The notes below the pieces were generated by a model, which worked only from the letters and a program-made list of their open reading frames with translations, was not told the DNA's origin and searched no databases. Source: an uncultured Rikenellaceae bacterium (lineage in GTDB: Bacteria > Bacteroidota > Bacteroidia > Bacteroidales > Rikenellaceae). Taken from it: a DNA stretch of 48,306 nt. The DNA is taken from contig CAMWRR010000001.1 in the NCBI GenBank assembly GCA_947176715.1, forward strand, positions 1 to 48,306, in the 5' to 3' direction. The translations under genes and the position numbers were made by a program. Positions within the stretch are counted from its first letter, which is position 1; each line of letters begins with the position of its first letter. Below are positions 9,321 to 18,510 of this stretch, one piece after another.

Positions 9321-10499
9321 ATGGAGAGATTCTACGCCTTTATACGCAAGCCCCTGTGGCGCGACAGCCGTCTTCTGCTGGTGTTGTGGCTCGCGGTAGC
9401 CGTGGCCGGCAGCCTTATCAAGGGGTTGCGCGGTTCGTACAACAACTATCTGATATTCAAGGGTACGTTTTTTCATGCCATAGAGGGGTTGACGCTCTTC
9501 GGTCCCTATCCGGCGGAGTATGCCGATGCCAACCACTACGGCCCGTTGTTCGGTCTGCTCATCGCGCCGTTCGCCCTTATGCCCGACGTAGTGGGTATAA
9601 CGGCACTGATGGCGGTGTGCACCCTTGCGCTCTATCTGTCGGTGCGCTCGTTGCCGCTCGACGATGGCAAAAAGGCATTCGTGCTGTGGTTCACGCTCAA
9701 CGAGCTGTTCACGGCGGTGGCCATGCAGCAGCTCAACATACTGGTTGCGGCCGGCATAATATTCTCTTTTACGCTGATAGAGCGGCAGCGCGATTTCTGG
9801 GCCGCATTCTTCATTGTGCTCATGACGCTCGTAAAGCTCTACGGCATAGTGGGGCTGGCCTTTTTCCTATTCTCGAGGCACAAAGGGCGTTTCGTGTTGT
9901 CGATGTTGTCCTGGGGGGCGGTTCTCTTCGCGGCGCCCATGCTCATAAGCTCGCCCGGTTACGTGGTGTCGCAGTATGCGGCGTGGGCGGCCGACATAGC
10001 CTCCAAGAACGGCGACAACCTCATGAGTCTCTATCAGAACATATCGTTGCTCGGTATCATACGAAAGGTGTCGGGCGGTATATACTCCGACCTGTGGGTG
10101 ATAATCCCCGGACTCGTGCTCTTCGCGGGGCCTTATCTGCGCCTGTCGGCATGGCGGAGTCTGCGTTTCCGCCTGTCGATGCTCGCGTCGGTGCTCTTGT
10201 TCGTGGTGCTGTTCAGCACGGGCAGCGAGTCGAGCTCCTATATAATAGCCCTCACCGGTGCGGCTCTGTGGTGGACCGTAACCCCCACCGGTCACACCCC
10301 TCTCAATAACGCGCTTATCATCTTCGCATTCGTTCTGACCTCGCTCTCGCCTACCGACATATTCCCGCGGTTCGTACGCGAGAACTATATCCTTCCGTAC
10401 GCCCTCAAAGCCCTGCCCTGCGCGCTGATATGGCTGAAGCTGACATGGGAGATGTGGCGGTGCAGGTATTCGGACGACGGCTTGTCGACGAATCTCTAA
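9321..10499 (+). CDS. Polytopic integral membrane protein, probably a GT-C type glycosyltransferase (GT87/DUF2029-like)
   Basis: 392 aa with at least 10 hydrophobic segments. The N-terminal region (YNNYLIFKGTFFH...HYGPLFGLLIAPFA) resembles DUF2029/GT87 proteins. The family assignment is from memory only. Confidence 0.5.
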   Translation: MERFYAFIRKPLWRDSRLLLVLWLAVAVAGSLIKGLRGSYNNYLIFKGTFFHAIEGLTLFGPYPAEYADANHYGPLFGLLIAPFALMPDVVGITALMAVCTLALYLSVRSLPLDDGKKAFVLWFTLNELFTAVAMQQLNILVAAGIIFSFTLIERQRDFWAAFFIVLMTLVKLYGIVGLAFFLFSRHKGRFVLSMLSWGAVLFAAPMLISSPGYVVSQYAAWAADIASKNGDNLMSLYQNISLLGIIRKVSGGIYSDLWVIIPGLVLFAGPYLRLSAWRSLRFRLSMLASVLLFVVLFSTGSESSSYIIALTGAALWWTVTPTGHTPLNNALIIFAFVLTSLSPTDIFPRFVRENYILPYALKALPCALIWLKLTWEMWRCRYSDDGLSTNL

Positions 10500-11155
10500 A
10501 CACGCGCCCTCACCATGTGTCGCTTGCCCGGCGCACCGGGAAGACGCTCTACCGTGAATCCCGCCTGACGCAACGCTCTCTTTACCGTCCCTTTGGAACA
10601 GTACGTCACCAATATGCCCTCCTCGGACATGCTCTCGTGCAGACGTCCGAACAGCTCCGCGCTCCATTGCCCCTCGGCGTTGTCGGGGGCGAAGGCGTCC
10701 CAGTAGACTATGTCGTAGAGGGTGTCGAACGGGTAGCTCTCTATTGGGCGGTGTATCTTGCAGAGCGTGAAGCGGTCGGTTATGGCCGTAGCCTCTCCCC
10801 ACGGCGCCTCGTGCAGGGCGGCGAACAGTGCCGGATCGCAATCTACGGCCCTGTCGTAGCCGAAGAGTGCGGCGTGCGACGGTTCTATGGGGTATAGCTC
10901 TACGGCGTGATAGACGATGCGCATGTCGTGCCCGGCACCGTACAGCAGCGATAGCAATGCGTTGAGTCCGCTCCCGAACCCCATCTCCAGCAGGGTTACG
11001 TTCTGTTTGCGGCACTCTGCCAATCCGGCGTTTATAAAGGTGTGTCGGCTCTCGGTCACCGCTCCGTGTACGGAGTGGTAACACTCGCCCGTGATGGGGT
11101 GCACGAGGGTGGGGCTACCGTCTCCGGTGGCGATTGTCTCGGGCTTTATATACAT
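10496..11155 (-). CDS. mnmD: tRNA (5-methylaminomethyl-2-thiouridine)(34) methyltransferase, stand-alone MnmC2-type
   Basis: 219 aa. TGDGSPTLVHP...ECYHSVHGAVTESRHTFI plus the SAM motif LEMGFGSGLN are typical of the DUF752/MnmD family. Confidence 0.85.
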   Translation of the reverse strand: MYIKPETIATGDGSPTLVHPITGECYHSVHGAVTESRHTFINAGLAECRKQNVTLLEMGFGSGLNALLSLLYGAGHDMRIVYHAVELYPIEPSHAALFGYDRAVDCDPALFAALHEAPWGEATAITDRFTLCKIHRPIESYPFDTLYDIVYWDAFAPDNAEGQWSAELFGRLHESMSEEGILVTYCSKGTVKRALRQAGFTVERLPGAPGKRHMVRARV

Positions 11156-11159
11156 GAGG

Positions 11160-12566
11160 CTACCGGCGTTTCATGAGCACGATATTCTCCACGTGGTGGG
11201 TGTGGGGAAACATGTCTACGGGCTGTATGCTCTCTATGCGGTAGTTGTGGTCGAGTATGGCTATGTCGCGCGCCTGTGTGGCGGGGTTGCAGCTCACGTA
11301 CACTATCCTGTCGGGGGCGGCGCGCAGTATGGTGGCCGCCACATCCTCGTGTATGCCGGCGCGTGGCGGGTCGAGTATTATCACGTCGGGACGGCCGTGC
11401 CGCTCTATGAAGTCGTCGTTAAGGACATCCTTCATGTCGCCGGCGAAAAATTCGGTGTTGTCTATGCCGTTTATCTGCGAGTTGATGCGGGCGTCCTCTA
11501 TCGCCTCGGGCACATACTCTATGCCTATCACCTTGGCGGCCCGCGAGGCTACGAAGTTGGCTATGGTGCCGGTGCCGGTGTAGAGGTCGTAGACCGTCTC
11601 GCCGCCGTCGAGTCCGGCCATGTCGCGCACCGCCTTGTACAGCTCGTAGGCCTGTGCGGAGTTGGTCTGGTAGAACGACTTGGGCCCTATGCGGAAGCTC
11701 AGCCCCTCCATCTTCTCTATTATGTGGTCTTTGCCGCTGAAAAGTACGGCGTCGAGGTCGGTGTACGAGTCGTTGAGCTTGGGGTTGACTATGTACATTA
11801 GGGAGGTTATCTCCGGGAATCTCTCCCTGAGGTGGGTGAGCAGTTCGGTGCGCGCCTGAGGGGCATCCTCGGCGAATATTACGATAACCATCGTCTCGCC
11901 CGTTGAGGCGGTGCGTATGACTATGTTGCGCAACAGTCCCGTATTCGCCCGCATGTCGTAGAAGCTCATGCCCCGCTCGCGTGCGAAACGTGCCGTCTCG
12001 GTGCGTATGGCGTTGGAGGGGTCGGGCTGCAGGTGGCACTCCTCTATGTCGAGTATCTTGTCGAACATGCCGGTGATGTGGAAGCCGAGCGCGCCTCCGG
12101 TGGCGTCAGCACCCGAGTTCATCTCCTCGTAGGTGAGCCACCTGCGGTTACAGAATGTGAACTCCAGCTTGTTGCGGTAAAAGGAGGTCTTCTCGGAGCC
12201 TATTATGGGGTTTATCTCCGGAAGCTCCACCTTGCCTATGCGGCTCAGCTGGTCGCTTACCTGCTTCTGTTTGAAGCGGAGCTGTTCCTCGTAAGGCAGA
12301 TTCTGCCACTTGCACCCGCCGCATACGCCGTAGTGGCGGCAGAACGGCTCCGCACGACGGGGCGACTTTTTGATGTACTCCACCACATAGCCCTCCATGA
12401 ACCGGCGGTGCAGCTTGCTTACCTGTACTTTGACAACATCGCCGGGGACTGTCATGGGTACGAATACGACCATGTCGTCATAACGCCCCAACGCCTTGCC
12501 TTCGGCTGCTATATCTGTGATTTCCAGCGCCTCTATGAGCGGACGGATCTTTCTTTTTCTTGCCAC
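11160..12566 (-). CDS. rlmD: 23S rRNA (uracil(1939)-C5)-methyltransferase
   Basis: 468 aa with an N-terminal TRAM domain, the Fe-S motif CRHYGVCGGCKWQ and a C-terminal class I methyltransferase domain. GTG start (MARKRK...). Confidence 0.9.
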   Translation of the reverse strand: MARKRKIRPLIEALEITDIAAEGKALGRYDDMVVFVPMTVPGDVVKVQVSKLHRRFMEGYVVEYIKKSPRRAEPFCRHYGVCGGCKWQNLPYEEQLRFKQKQVSDQLSRIGKVELPEINPIIGSEKTSFYRNKLEFTFCNRRWLTYEEMNSGADATGGALGFHITGMFDKILDIEECHLQPDPSNAIRTETARFARERGMSFYDMRANTGLLRNIVIRTASTGETMVIVIFAEDAPQARTELLTHLRERFPEITSLMYIVNPKLNDSYTDLDAVLFSGKDHIIEKMEGLSFRIGPKSFYQTNSAQAYELYKAVRDMAGLDGGETVYDLYTGTGTIANFVASRAAKVIGIEYVPEAIEDARINSQINGIDNTEFFAGDMKDVLNDDFIERHGRPDVIILDPPRAGIHEDVAATILRAAPDRIVYVSCNPATQARDIAILDHNYRIESIQPVDMFPHTHHVENIVLMKRR

Positions 12567-12736
12567 TTTCTTTTATGTTTGGTCGCTAAGATAGCGTTTT
12601 TGGGCGAAATAGCCGACATTTTTTATGTCTTTGACCGAACTATTGGGTGGCTTCGGTCGGGGAAGATGCGGGCGGGCTTGCTTTTGCCATAGCCTATCCC
12701 TATCTTTGACTTCGTTTCGGCATAATCGAACCACTG

Positions 12737-12768
12737 TTTGCTTCTGCCCTCTACTTTACCTATCTTTG
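12737..12768 (+). promoter_or_regulatory. Bacteroidota-type promoter for the MBL-hydrolase/trmD/lpxB/cdd gene string
   Basis: TTTG (12737-12740), a 20-nt spacer, then TATCTTTG (12761-12768), 27 nt upstream of the ATG at 12796. Confidence 0.7.
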
Positions 12769-12795
12769 CACTGAAGAATATCCGAACATAACATT

Positions 12796-13479
12796 ATGAT
12801 AACAGTCAAGATTTTTCCCTGCAATCCGTTCCGCGAGTTGTGCTACGTGGTGTCGGACGGGAGCGGGGAGGCCGTCATAGTCGATTGCGGCGCCTGCGAC
12901 GAGGGCGAACGCGGTCGCATAGAGGAGTATATCGCGGGCAAGGGTCTTAGGCCCGTGATGCTTGTAAACACCCACGGACACATAGACCACATAATAGCCG
13001 TCAACCGTTTCAAGCGGCTGTACGGCATACCTTTCGCCATAGATGCGCGCGAGAGCGGAGTGTTGGCGTCGGCTCTGTCGAGTGCGGCCATGTTCGGTCT
13101 GCCTGTCGAGGAGGACATAATACCCGCCATAGACACAGACCTGTCGAAAGAGAGCCTGATACGCTTCGGCGACACTGTGCTGGAGGTGCTTCACACGCCC
13201 GGTCACAGCCCCGGCGGGGTGTCGCTTTATCATCGCGAAAGCGGGACCCTCTTCACCGGCGACACGCTTTTCGCCGGTAGCATAGGGCGCACCGATCTGC
13301 CCGGGGGCGATTACGACACCCTCATGGAGAGCATCATAAAGCGTATTCTGCCGTTGGGCGGCGATGTTAAGATATACCCCGGTCACGGCAACAGCTCCAC
13401 TTTGGCCCACGAGGCGGCCTATAATCCGTTCGTGGCCGAGGTGCTACAGGGTATGACCGATACGCCGGAGAGAATATGA
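12796..13479 (+). CDS. MBL-fold metallo-hydrolase (glyoxalase II-like)
   Basis: 227 aa with the THGHIDH metal-binding motif and a downstream HTPGHSPG. Confidence 0.85.
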   Translation: MITVKIFPCNPFRELCYVVSDGSGEAVIVDCGACDEGERGRIEEYIAGKGLRPVMLVNTHGHIDHIIAVNRFKRLYGIPFAIDARESGVLASALSSAAMFGLPVEEDIIPAIDTDLSKESLIRFGDTVLEVLHTPGHSPGGVSLYHRESGTLFTGDTLFAGSIGRTDLPGGDYDTLMESIIKRILPLGGDVKIYPGHGNSSTLAHEAAYNPFVAEVLQGMTDTPERI

Positions 13480-14156
13480 GGATAGATATAATAACCGTTC
13501 TGCCCGAGTTGCTGGAGAGCCCGCTCGGACACTCCATCATCAAGCGCGCCCGGAGCAAGGGGCTCGTGGAGATAGCGGTGCACAACCTGCGCGACTACAC
13601 CGACGACAGCCGCCGTACCGTCGACGACTACCCGTTCGGCGGTGAGGCGGGCATGGTGATGAAGATAGAGCCTATATGGCGTTGCATAAGCAAGTTGCAG
13701 TCGGAACGCAGCTACGACGAGGTCATCTACACCTCTCCCGACGGCGAGCGGTTCGACCAGCGTTGCGCCAACGGTCTGTCGCTGCTCGGCAACATCATCA
13801 TTCTGTGCGGCCACTACAAGGGGGTCGACCACCGCGTGCGCGAGCATCTCATAACGCGCGAGATATCTATAGGCGATTATGTGCTCACGGGCGGCGAGCT
13901 GGCCGCGGCGGTGATAGTCGACAGCGTGGTGAGGATAGTGCCGGGTGCGATAGGCGACGAGGCCTCCGCCCTGACCGACACCTTTCAGGACGACCTTTTG
14001 GCCCCGCCGGTATACACCCGTCCGGCGGAGTTCAACGGGTGGCGTGTGCCCGATGTGCTGCTCTCGGGTAATTTCAAGGAGATTTCGTTGTGGCAGGAGC
14101 GTCAGGCCTTGGAGCGCACCGAGCGTCTGCGGCCCGATCTGCTCAAAAAGAGATAG
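13476..14156 (+). CDS. trmD: tRNA (guanine(37)-N1)-methyltransferase
   Basis: Contains IDIITVLPE and [13 protein letters not shown] motifs. Its ATGA start overlaps the upstream stop. Confidence 0.95.
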   Translation: MRIDIITVLPELLESPLGHSIIKRARSKGLVEIAVHNLRDYTDDSRRTVDDYPFGGEAGMVMKIEPIWRCISKLQSERSYDEVIYTSPDGERFDQRCANGLSLLGNIIILCGHYKGVDHRVREHLITREISIGDYVLTGGELAAAVIVDSVVRIVPGAIGDEASALTDTFQDDLLAPPVYTRPAEFNGWRVPDVLLSGNFKEISLWQERQALERTERLRPDLLKKR

Positions 14157-14229
14157 AGCCCCGATGCGATGAGCTTTGCGGGCCGTGTTGCCGAATTATA
14201 ACTAATGGGGTGTGTGCCCCGACGGAGAT

Positions 14230-15363
14230 ATGAGATATTACGTAATAGCCGGCGAGGCTTCCGGCGATCTGCACGGCGGGAACCTTCTTGCCGGCATAAA
14301 ACGCAACGACCCCGACGCCGTGATAAGGTTTTGGGGTGGCGACAGGATGGCCGCTGCGGCAGGGGCCGAAAATATGGTCAAACACTATAAGGAGAGCTCG
14401 GTGATGGGCTTCTGGGAGGTGGTGGCCGGTGCGCGCAAGATATTGAAGCTGATGGCGCTGTGCAGGCGCGACATAGCCGACTTCGCCCCCGACGTGCTCA
14501 TCCTTATCGACTACGCCGGGTTCAATCTGCGTATGGCGCGGTTCGCCAAGAGCCGGGGAATCAAGACCTATTACTACATAGCCCCCAAGGTGTGGGCGTG
14601 GAAAGAGTCGCGCGTTAAGAAGATCAGACGGTATGTCGACAAGCTCTTCGTGATATTTCCGTTCGAGGTGGACTATTTCACCGCTCGCGGCATAGAGACC
14701 TACTATTTCGGCAACCCTGTGATGGATGCCATAGAGGAGCGCAACAGGGTGCTCTCCACTCCGGACCGTTTCCGTGCCGACAACGGTCTCGATAGCCGTC
14801 CGATAGTGGCTCTGCTGGCGGGTAGCCGTCGCAACGAGATACTCTATAACCTGCCGTTCATGGTGGAGGTGGCCTCCCATTTTCCGGAGTATCAGTTCGT
14901 TCTGGCCGGGGTGCCGTGGCTTGGGAGGGAGCTGTACGAGAGTTGCATGAAAAATAGTGCGGGCAATGTATTCTACCTGTGCGACAAGACCTACGAGATA
15001 CTGTCGCACGCCTCCGCCGCCATCGTTACCAGCGGCACGGCTACCCTTGAAACCGCGTTGCTCGGCACTCCGGAGTTGGTGTGCTACTGGTGCAACCACA
15101 TATCGGCGGCCATAGCCAAGGTGTTCCTCAAGCTGAGGTGGGTCTCTCTGGTCAATATAATAATGGGGCGCGAGGTGGTTCGCGAGTTGCTTTATAAAAA
15201 TATGGTGGTAAGCGAGGCCGTAGCGGAGCTTAGGGCCATAATGCCGGGAGGCGGCAAACACGAAGCCATGATGTCCGACTTCAAGGAGCTGGCCGTAGCT
15301 ATGGGCGACAAAGGGGCCTCGGAGCGTGTGGCCGCCAAGATGGTTGAGCTTTTGCGCGGATAG
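14230..15363 (+). CDS. lpxB: Lipid-A-disaccharide synthase
   Basis: MRYYVIAGEASGDLHG is the canonical LpxB N-terminus. I used the internal ATG at 14230. Confidence 0.93.
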   Translation: MRYYVIAGEASGDLHGGNLLAGIKRNDPDAVIRFWGGDRMAAAAGAENMVKHYKESSVMGFWEVVAGARKILKLMALCRRDIADFAPDVLILIDYAGFNLRMARFAKSRGIKTYYYIAPKVWAWKESRVKKIRRYVDKLFVIFPFEVDYFTARGIETYYFGNPVMDAIEERNRVLSTPDRFRADNGLDSRPIVALLAGSRRNEILYNLPFMVEVASHFPEYQFVLAGVPWLGRELYESCMKNSAGNVFYLCDKTYEILSHASAAIVTSGTATLETALLGTPELVCYWCNHISAAIAKVFLKLRWVSLVNIIMGREVVRELLYKNMVVSEAVAELRAIMPGGGKHEAMMSDFKELAVAMGDKGASERVAAKMVELLRG

Positions 15364-15371
15364 GAGGGGTT

Positions 15372-15806
15372 ATGAGAAAAGGTGTAGAGCTTTCGGACAT
15401 ATATCGCAGCCTCGTGGAGTCCTCGATGGAGGCGCAGTCGGCGAGCCGTTCGCCCTATTCGGAGATAAAGGTTGGGGCGGCGGCGCTTATGAGCTCCGGT
15501 GCGGTGGTCACGGGTGCCAACTGGGAGAGTCCGTCGTATCCGGCGGGGGTGTGTGCCGAGAGGTCGATGTTGTCGTCGGTGTTCTCCTCGCACGGTTCCG
15601 ATGCGATAGAGGCGGTGGCGGTGACCGCTTCCCGAGGCGGTGTACAGATCGACATATCGCCGTGCGGGATATGCCGGCAGTCGTTGCTCGATGCGCAGAA
15701 CATGCAAGGGAGGCCCTTTGCCGTAATCTTCCGTTACGGCGGGGAGTATGTCGTGCTCGATTCGGCCACGGAGCTTCTGCCGTTCGCTTTCGGGGCGTCG
15801 GAGTAG
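15372..15806 (+). CDS. cdd: Cytidine deaminase
   Basis: 144 aa with the zinc motifs CAER and PCGICRQ. Confidence 0.88.
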   Translation: MRKGVELSDIYRSLVESSMEAQSASRSPYSEIKVGAAALMSSGAVVTGANWESPSYPAGVCAERSMLSSVFSSHGSDAIEAVAVTASRGGVQIDISPCGICRQSLLDAQNMQGRPFAVIFRYGGEYVVLDSATELLPFAFGASE

Positions 15807-15831
15807 TCCGGGTGCGGCCTTTTCCGTCAGG

Positions 15832-16152
15832 CTATCGGCGCAGGTAGTTTATCATCATGACGGCCCCGAGTATCAGCAATACGCCGGGGGTGCCTATTAT
15901 GCCGAGCAGGTCGAATATGTCGAACATGGCTATCACGCCGAGGGCCGCCGTCACTATCCCTATCACCACCTCCTTCGTACACAGTAGAAATATGCCGGTG
16001 GCTATGGCTAACGACTGCCATGTCATCAGACGGGAGTATATGTCGGACGGTATCAGCCCGGCTGTTCTGAGTATCACCAATATGCCTATGGCGAAGAAGA
16101 GAAGTGCCAGATAGAGGAATACGGAGCCTCTGCGTGCGGCGGATGTTGCCAT
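15832..16152 (-). CDS. Small hypothetical membrane protein (about 3 TM segments)
   Basis: Hydrophobic 106 aa product starting at MATSAARRG (ATG 16150-16152). The upstream part of the 147 aa ORF is basic and low-complexity, and it extends past a candidate -7 box at 16273-16280. Confidence 0.55.
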   Translation of the reverse strand: MATSAARRGSVFLYLALLFFAIGILVILRTAGLIPSDIYSRLMTWQSLAIATGIFLLCTKEVVIGIVTAALGVIAMFDIFDLLGIIGTPGVLLILGAVMMINYLRR

Positions 16153-16272
16153 GTGTGTCGCTTTTAGTTCGCTATTACGGGAGCTACCTTTGCGTCGGCT
16201 GTCGCCTCGGCTTGTCGGAAACGCTCGTCCGGATGCCCCCTCTTTTAAGGTTTGAGAGAGCGTTCGGTGCGG

Positions 16273-16280
16273 CAAAGTTA
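16273..16280 (-). promoter_or_regulatory. Candidate -7 box (TAACTTTG) for the small membrane-protein gene
   Basis: Minus-strand TAACTTTG with no clear -33 element. It would give a leader of about 115 nt. Confidence 0.35.
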
Positions 16281-16310
16281 ATATTTTAGGTCTCCATATA
16301 CAATTCCGGT

Positions 16311-16358
16311 CGGAAATATCAGGGGGCTGTCGCGCTTTGCGGGCCTCCGTCGGGGGAG
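16311..16358 (+). repeat. Interspersed intergenic repeat, copy 2 (CGGAAA word plus truncated H hairpin)
   Basis: CGGAAA at 16311-16316, 20 nt, then TTGCGGGCCTCCGT-CGGGGGAG (16337-16358). Relative to copy 1 it has one 1-nt deletion, and it diverges into TTTT after the hairpin. Confidence 0.55.
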
Positions 16359-16506
16359 TTTTATGCTCACAGCGAGGTGCGGTCGGCCCATGCGTTACGC
16401 TTCGGGTTCTTCCGGCGAGACCGTATTACCTTTATCGCCATGCCGGACTTTGCGTTTGCCTGACAGTAAAAAGAGCCTTTCCGGCCATATCGTCACGTTA
16501 TTTTAC

Positions 16507-16514
16507 TATATTTG
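16507..16514 (+). promoter_or_regulatory. Candidate -7 box (TATATTTG) for the O-methyltransferase/MFS operon
   Basis: TATATTTG lies 18 nt upstream of the ATG at 16533 and inside the longer ORF-track reading frame. This supports the internal start. Confidence 0.55.
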
Positions 16515-16532
16515 TTTCCCAATAAAAAAACG

Positions 16533-17180
16533 ATGCAATATAACGAAAAGGATATCGACCTTTATGTCCGGGCGCACTCCACGCCTGAGAGCGACGTGTT
16601 GCGGGAGCTAGACCGCCAGACCCATCTGCGTGCTGTTCAGCCCCGTATGCTCTCCGGTCACATACAGGGCAAGACCATAGAGATGATGGTGCGCATGTTG
16701 CGTCCGGAGCGGGTGCTCGAGATAGGGACGTTCACGGGGTACTCGGCCATAGCTATGGCGCAGGGGCTGACGGATGGCGCGTATGTCGATACCGTCGACC
16801 CCGACGACGAGCTCGAATATCTCTGCTCCTCGTTCGCAGAGCGCGCCGGCTTGGGCGACAGGATACGGATACATACCGGTAGCGCGCTCGAGGTGGTGCC
16901 GCGTCTGGGTACCTGTTACGATCTTGTGTATATGGACGGCGACAAACGCGAGTATCCCGAATATTACGATATGCTGATGGATGGGGGCCATGTGCACGGC
17001 GGGTCGTTCATTCTCGCCGACAATACCCTCTGGGACGGCAAGGTAGCCACGCCTCCCGAGAAACGCGACGACCACACCGAGGCTCTCCGTCGCTTCAACG
17101 ACACGGTCGTCTCCGACGGGCGCGTGGAGGTGGTGATGTTGCCGCTCAGGGACGGGCTTAGTATAATACGTGTGAAATGA
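16533..17180 (+). CDS. Class I SAM-dependent O-methyltransferase (family 3, caffeoyl-CoA OMT / TrmR-like)
   Basis: 215 aa. The LEIGTFTGYSA SAM motif and DMVYMDGDK-type acidic motif (here YDLVYMDGDK) are typical of Methyltransf_3. Confidence 0.8.
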   Translation: MQYNEKDIDLYVRAHSTPESDVLRELDRQTHLRAVQPRMLSGHIQGKTIEMMVRMLRPERVLEIGTFTGYSAIAMAQGLTDGAYVDTVDPDDELEYLCSSFAERAGLGDRIRIHTGSALEVVPRLGTCYDLVYMDGDKREYPEYYDMLMDGGHVHGGSFILADNTLWDGKVATPPEKRDDHTEALRRFNDTVVSDGRVEVVMLPLRDGLSIIRVK

Positions 17181-18487
17181 GTGACGATATGGAGAACGGG
17201 ACGGCCCCCGCAGACGATGCCGGGGAGCTGTCGTCAAAGACGGAGATGTTCGATGCCGGTGCGGCGGCGATAGTGTCGGGAGTACTTCCCGGCGAGGAGA
17301 AAGAGCCTGCGGCCGGCGTTGCGCGTCCGGTGTTGTGGAATCGCAATTTCATACAGTGCTGCATCTCCTACTTTCTGATGAACTTCGCTTTCTATCTGTT
17401 GATGCCCTCCATGCCGCTCTATCTGGTGGAACAGCTGGGCGTCGACGCTTCGCGCGTGGGCATGGTGCTTTCGAGTTACACCATAGGGTTGCTGTGCGTG
17501 CGTCCCCTTTCGGGATACATAGTCGACTGTTTCTCGCGCAAAAAGCTGTATCTGTTGTCGTTCGCCGCTTTCGCCGCCATGTTCGCAGGCTATCTTTTCG
17601 CCGCCGCTGTCTTCACGCTCATGCTGGTGCGTTTCGTGCAGGGGGGCTTCATGGGTCTCACCTCCGTGTCGGGCAATACCATAACGATAGATGTGATACC
17701 GTCTCCGAGGCGTGGCGAGGGGATGGGCTTTTACGGCCTCACCATCAATCTGGCGATGTCGCTCTCTCCGCTTATATCGGTGTGGATATACGACACTTAC
17801 GGGTTCGGTCCGTTGGTGTTGTCCGGTATGGCCACGGCCTGCGCCGGGGTATTGTCGGTGAGTCTCATACGCTATCCGGCACGGGCCAAGGTGCCGAGGC
17901 CCAAATTCTCGCTCGACCGCTTCGTGCTCGTCAAGGCGTTGCCCTCCGCACTGGCCTATATGTTGGTGGCCGTGCCATACGGCATGGTGGTGTCGTTCGT
18001 GGTGCTGTACGGCAGGGGGATAGGCGTGGCCGATGCCGGTTACTTCTTTATATTCATGGCCGTAGGGGTGGGTATGGCGCGTTTGGTGTCGGGACGGCTG
18101 GTCGACAGGGGCAAGATACACCACGTCTCCGTATGTGCCCTTACAATGCTGGCGGCCTCGTATGCCGTGTTCGGAACGGTACACGCCGCAGCGGCATTCT
18201 TCGCCTGTGCGTTCGTCATAGGGGTCGGGTTCGGCGTATCGGTGCCCGCTTTCCAGTGCCTGTTCGTCAACGTGGCTCCTCACCACATGCGCGGCACCGC
18301 CACATCCACATACCTCACGTCGTTCGATCTGGGGGTAGGGGCGGGGATGCTCGTCGCCGGGTTCATAGCCCAGAGATTCGACCTTGCCACGGCCTACCTG
18401 TCGTGTACGTTGTTCTGTCTGCTGTCGCTGGTGGTATACGTGCGTATGGTCATACCCTCGTACAGACGCAACAAGTTGGATGTTTAG
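17177..18487 (+). CDS. MFS transporter
   Basis: 436 aa with about 12 TM segments and a loop 2-3 motif (RPLSGYIVDCFSRKK). ATGA overlap with the upstream gene. The acidic N-terminal 60 aa may mean the true start is internal. Confidence 0.8.
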   Translation: MSDDMENGTAPADDAGELSSKTEMFDAGAAAIVSGVLPGEEKEPAAGVARPVLWNRNFIQCCISYFLMNFAFYLLMPSMPLYLVEQLGVDASRVGMVLSSYTIGLLCVRPLSGYIVDCFSRKKLYLLSFAAFAAMFAGYLFAAAVFTLMLVRFVQGGFMGLTSVSGNTITIDVIPSPRRGEGMGFYGLTINLAMSLSPLISVWIYDTYGFGPLVLSGMATACAGVLSVSLIRYPARAKVPRPKFSLDRFVLVKALPSALAYMLVAVPYGMVVSFVVLYGRGIGVADAGYFFIFMAVGVGMARLVSGRLVDRGKIHHVSVCALTMLAASYAVFGTVHAAAAFFACAFVIGVGFGVSVPAFQCLFVNVAPHHMRGTATSTYLTSFDLGVGAGMLVAGFIAQRFDLATAYLSCTLFCLLSLVVYVRMVIPSYRRNKLDV

Positions 18488-18510
18488 CCTTTGTCGGTCG
18501 GACAGATGCG

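Noticed and set aside
9867-11084. 405 aa minus-strand ORF spanning the GT87-like and mnmD genes
   Set aside because: It is out of frame with mnmD and antisense to the membrane-protein gene, and is extremely Arg-rich. It is a shadow ORF. The same reasoning applies to 14143-15261 (-), 22257-23384 (-), 12760-13410 (-), 42721-43665 (-) and 46825-47796 (-).
12645-12690. GGGTGGCTTCGGTCGG ... GATGCGGGCGGGC, which resembles parts of the H module
   Set aside because: The similarity is short, rearranged and interrupted. I cannot distinguish it from chance GC-rich matches without a genome-wide model.
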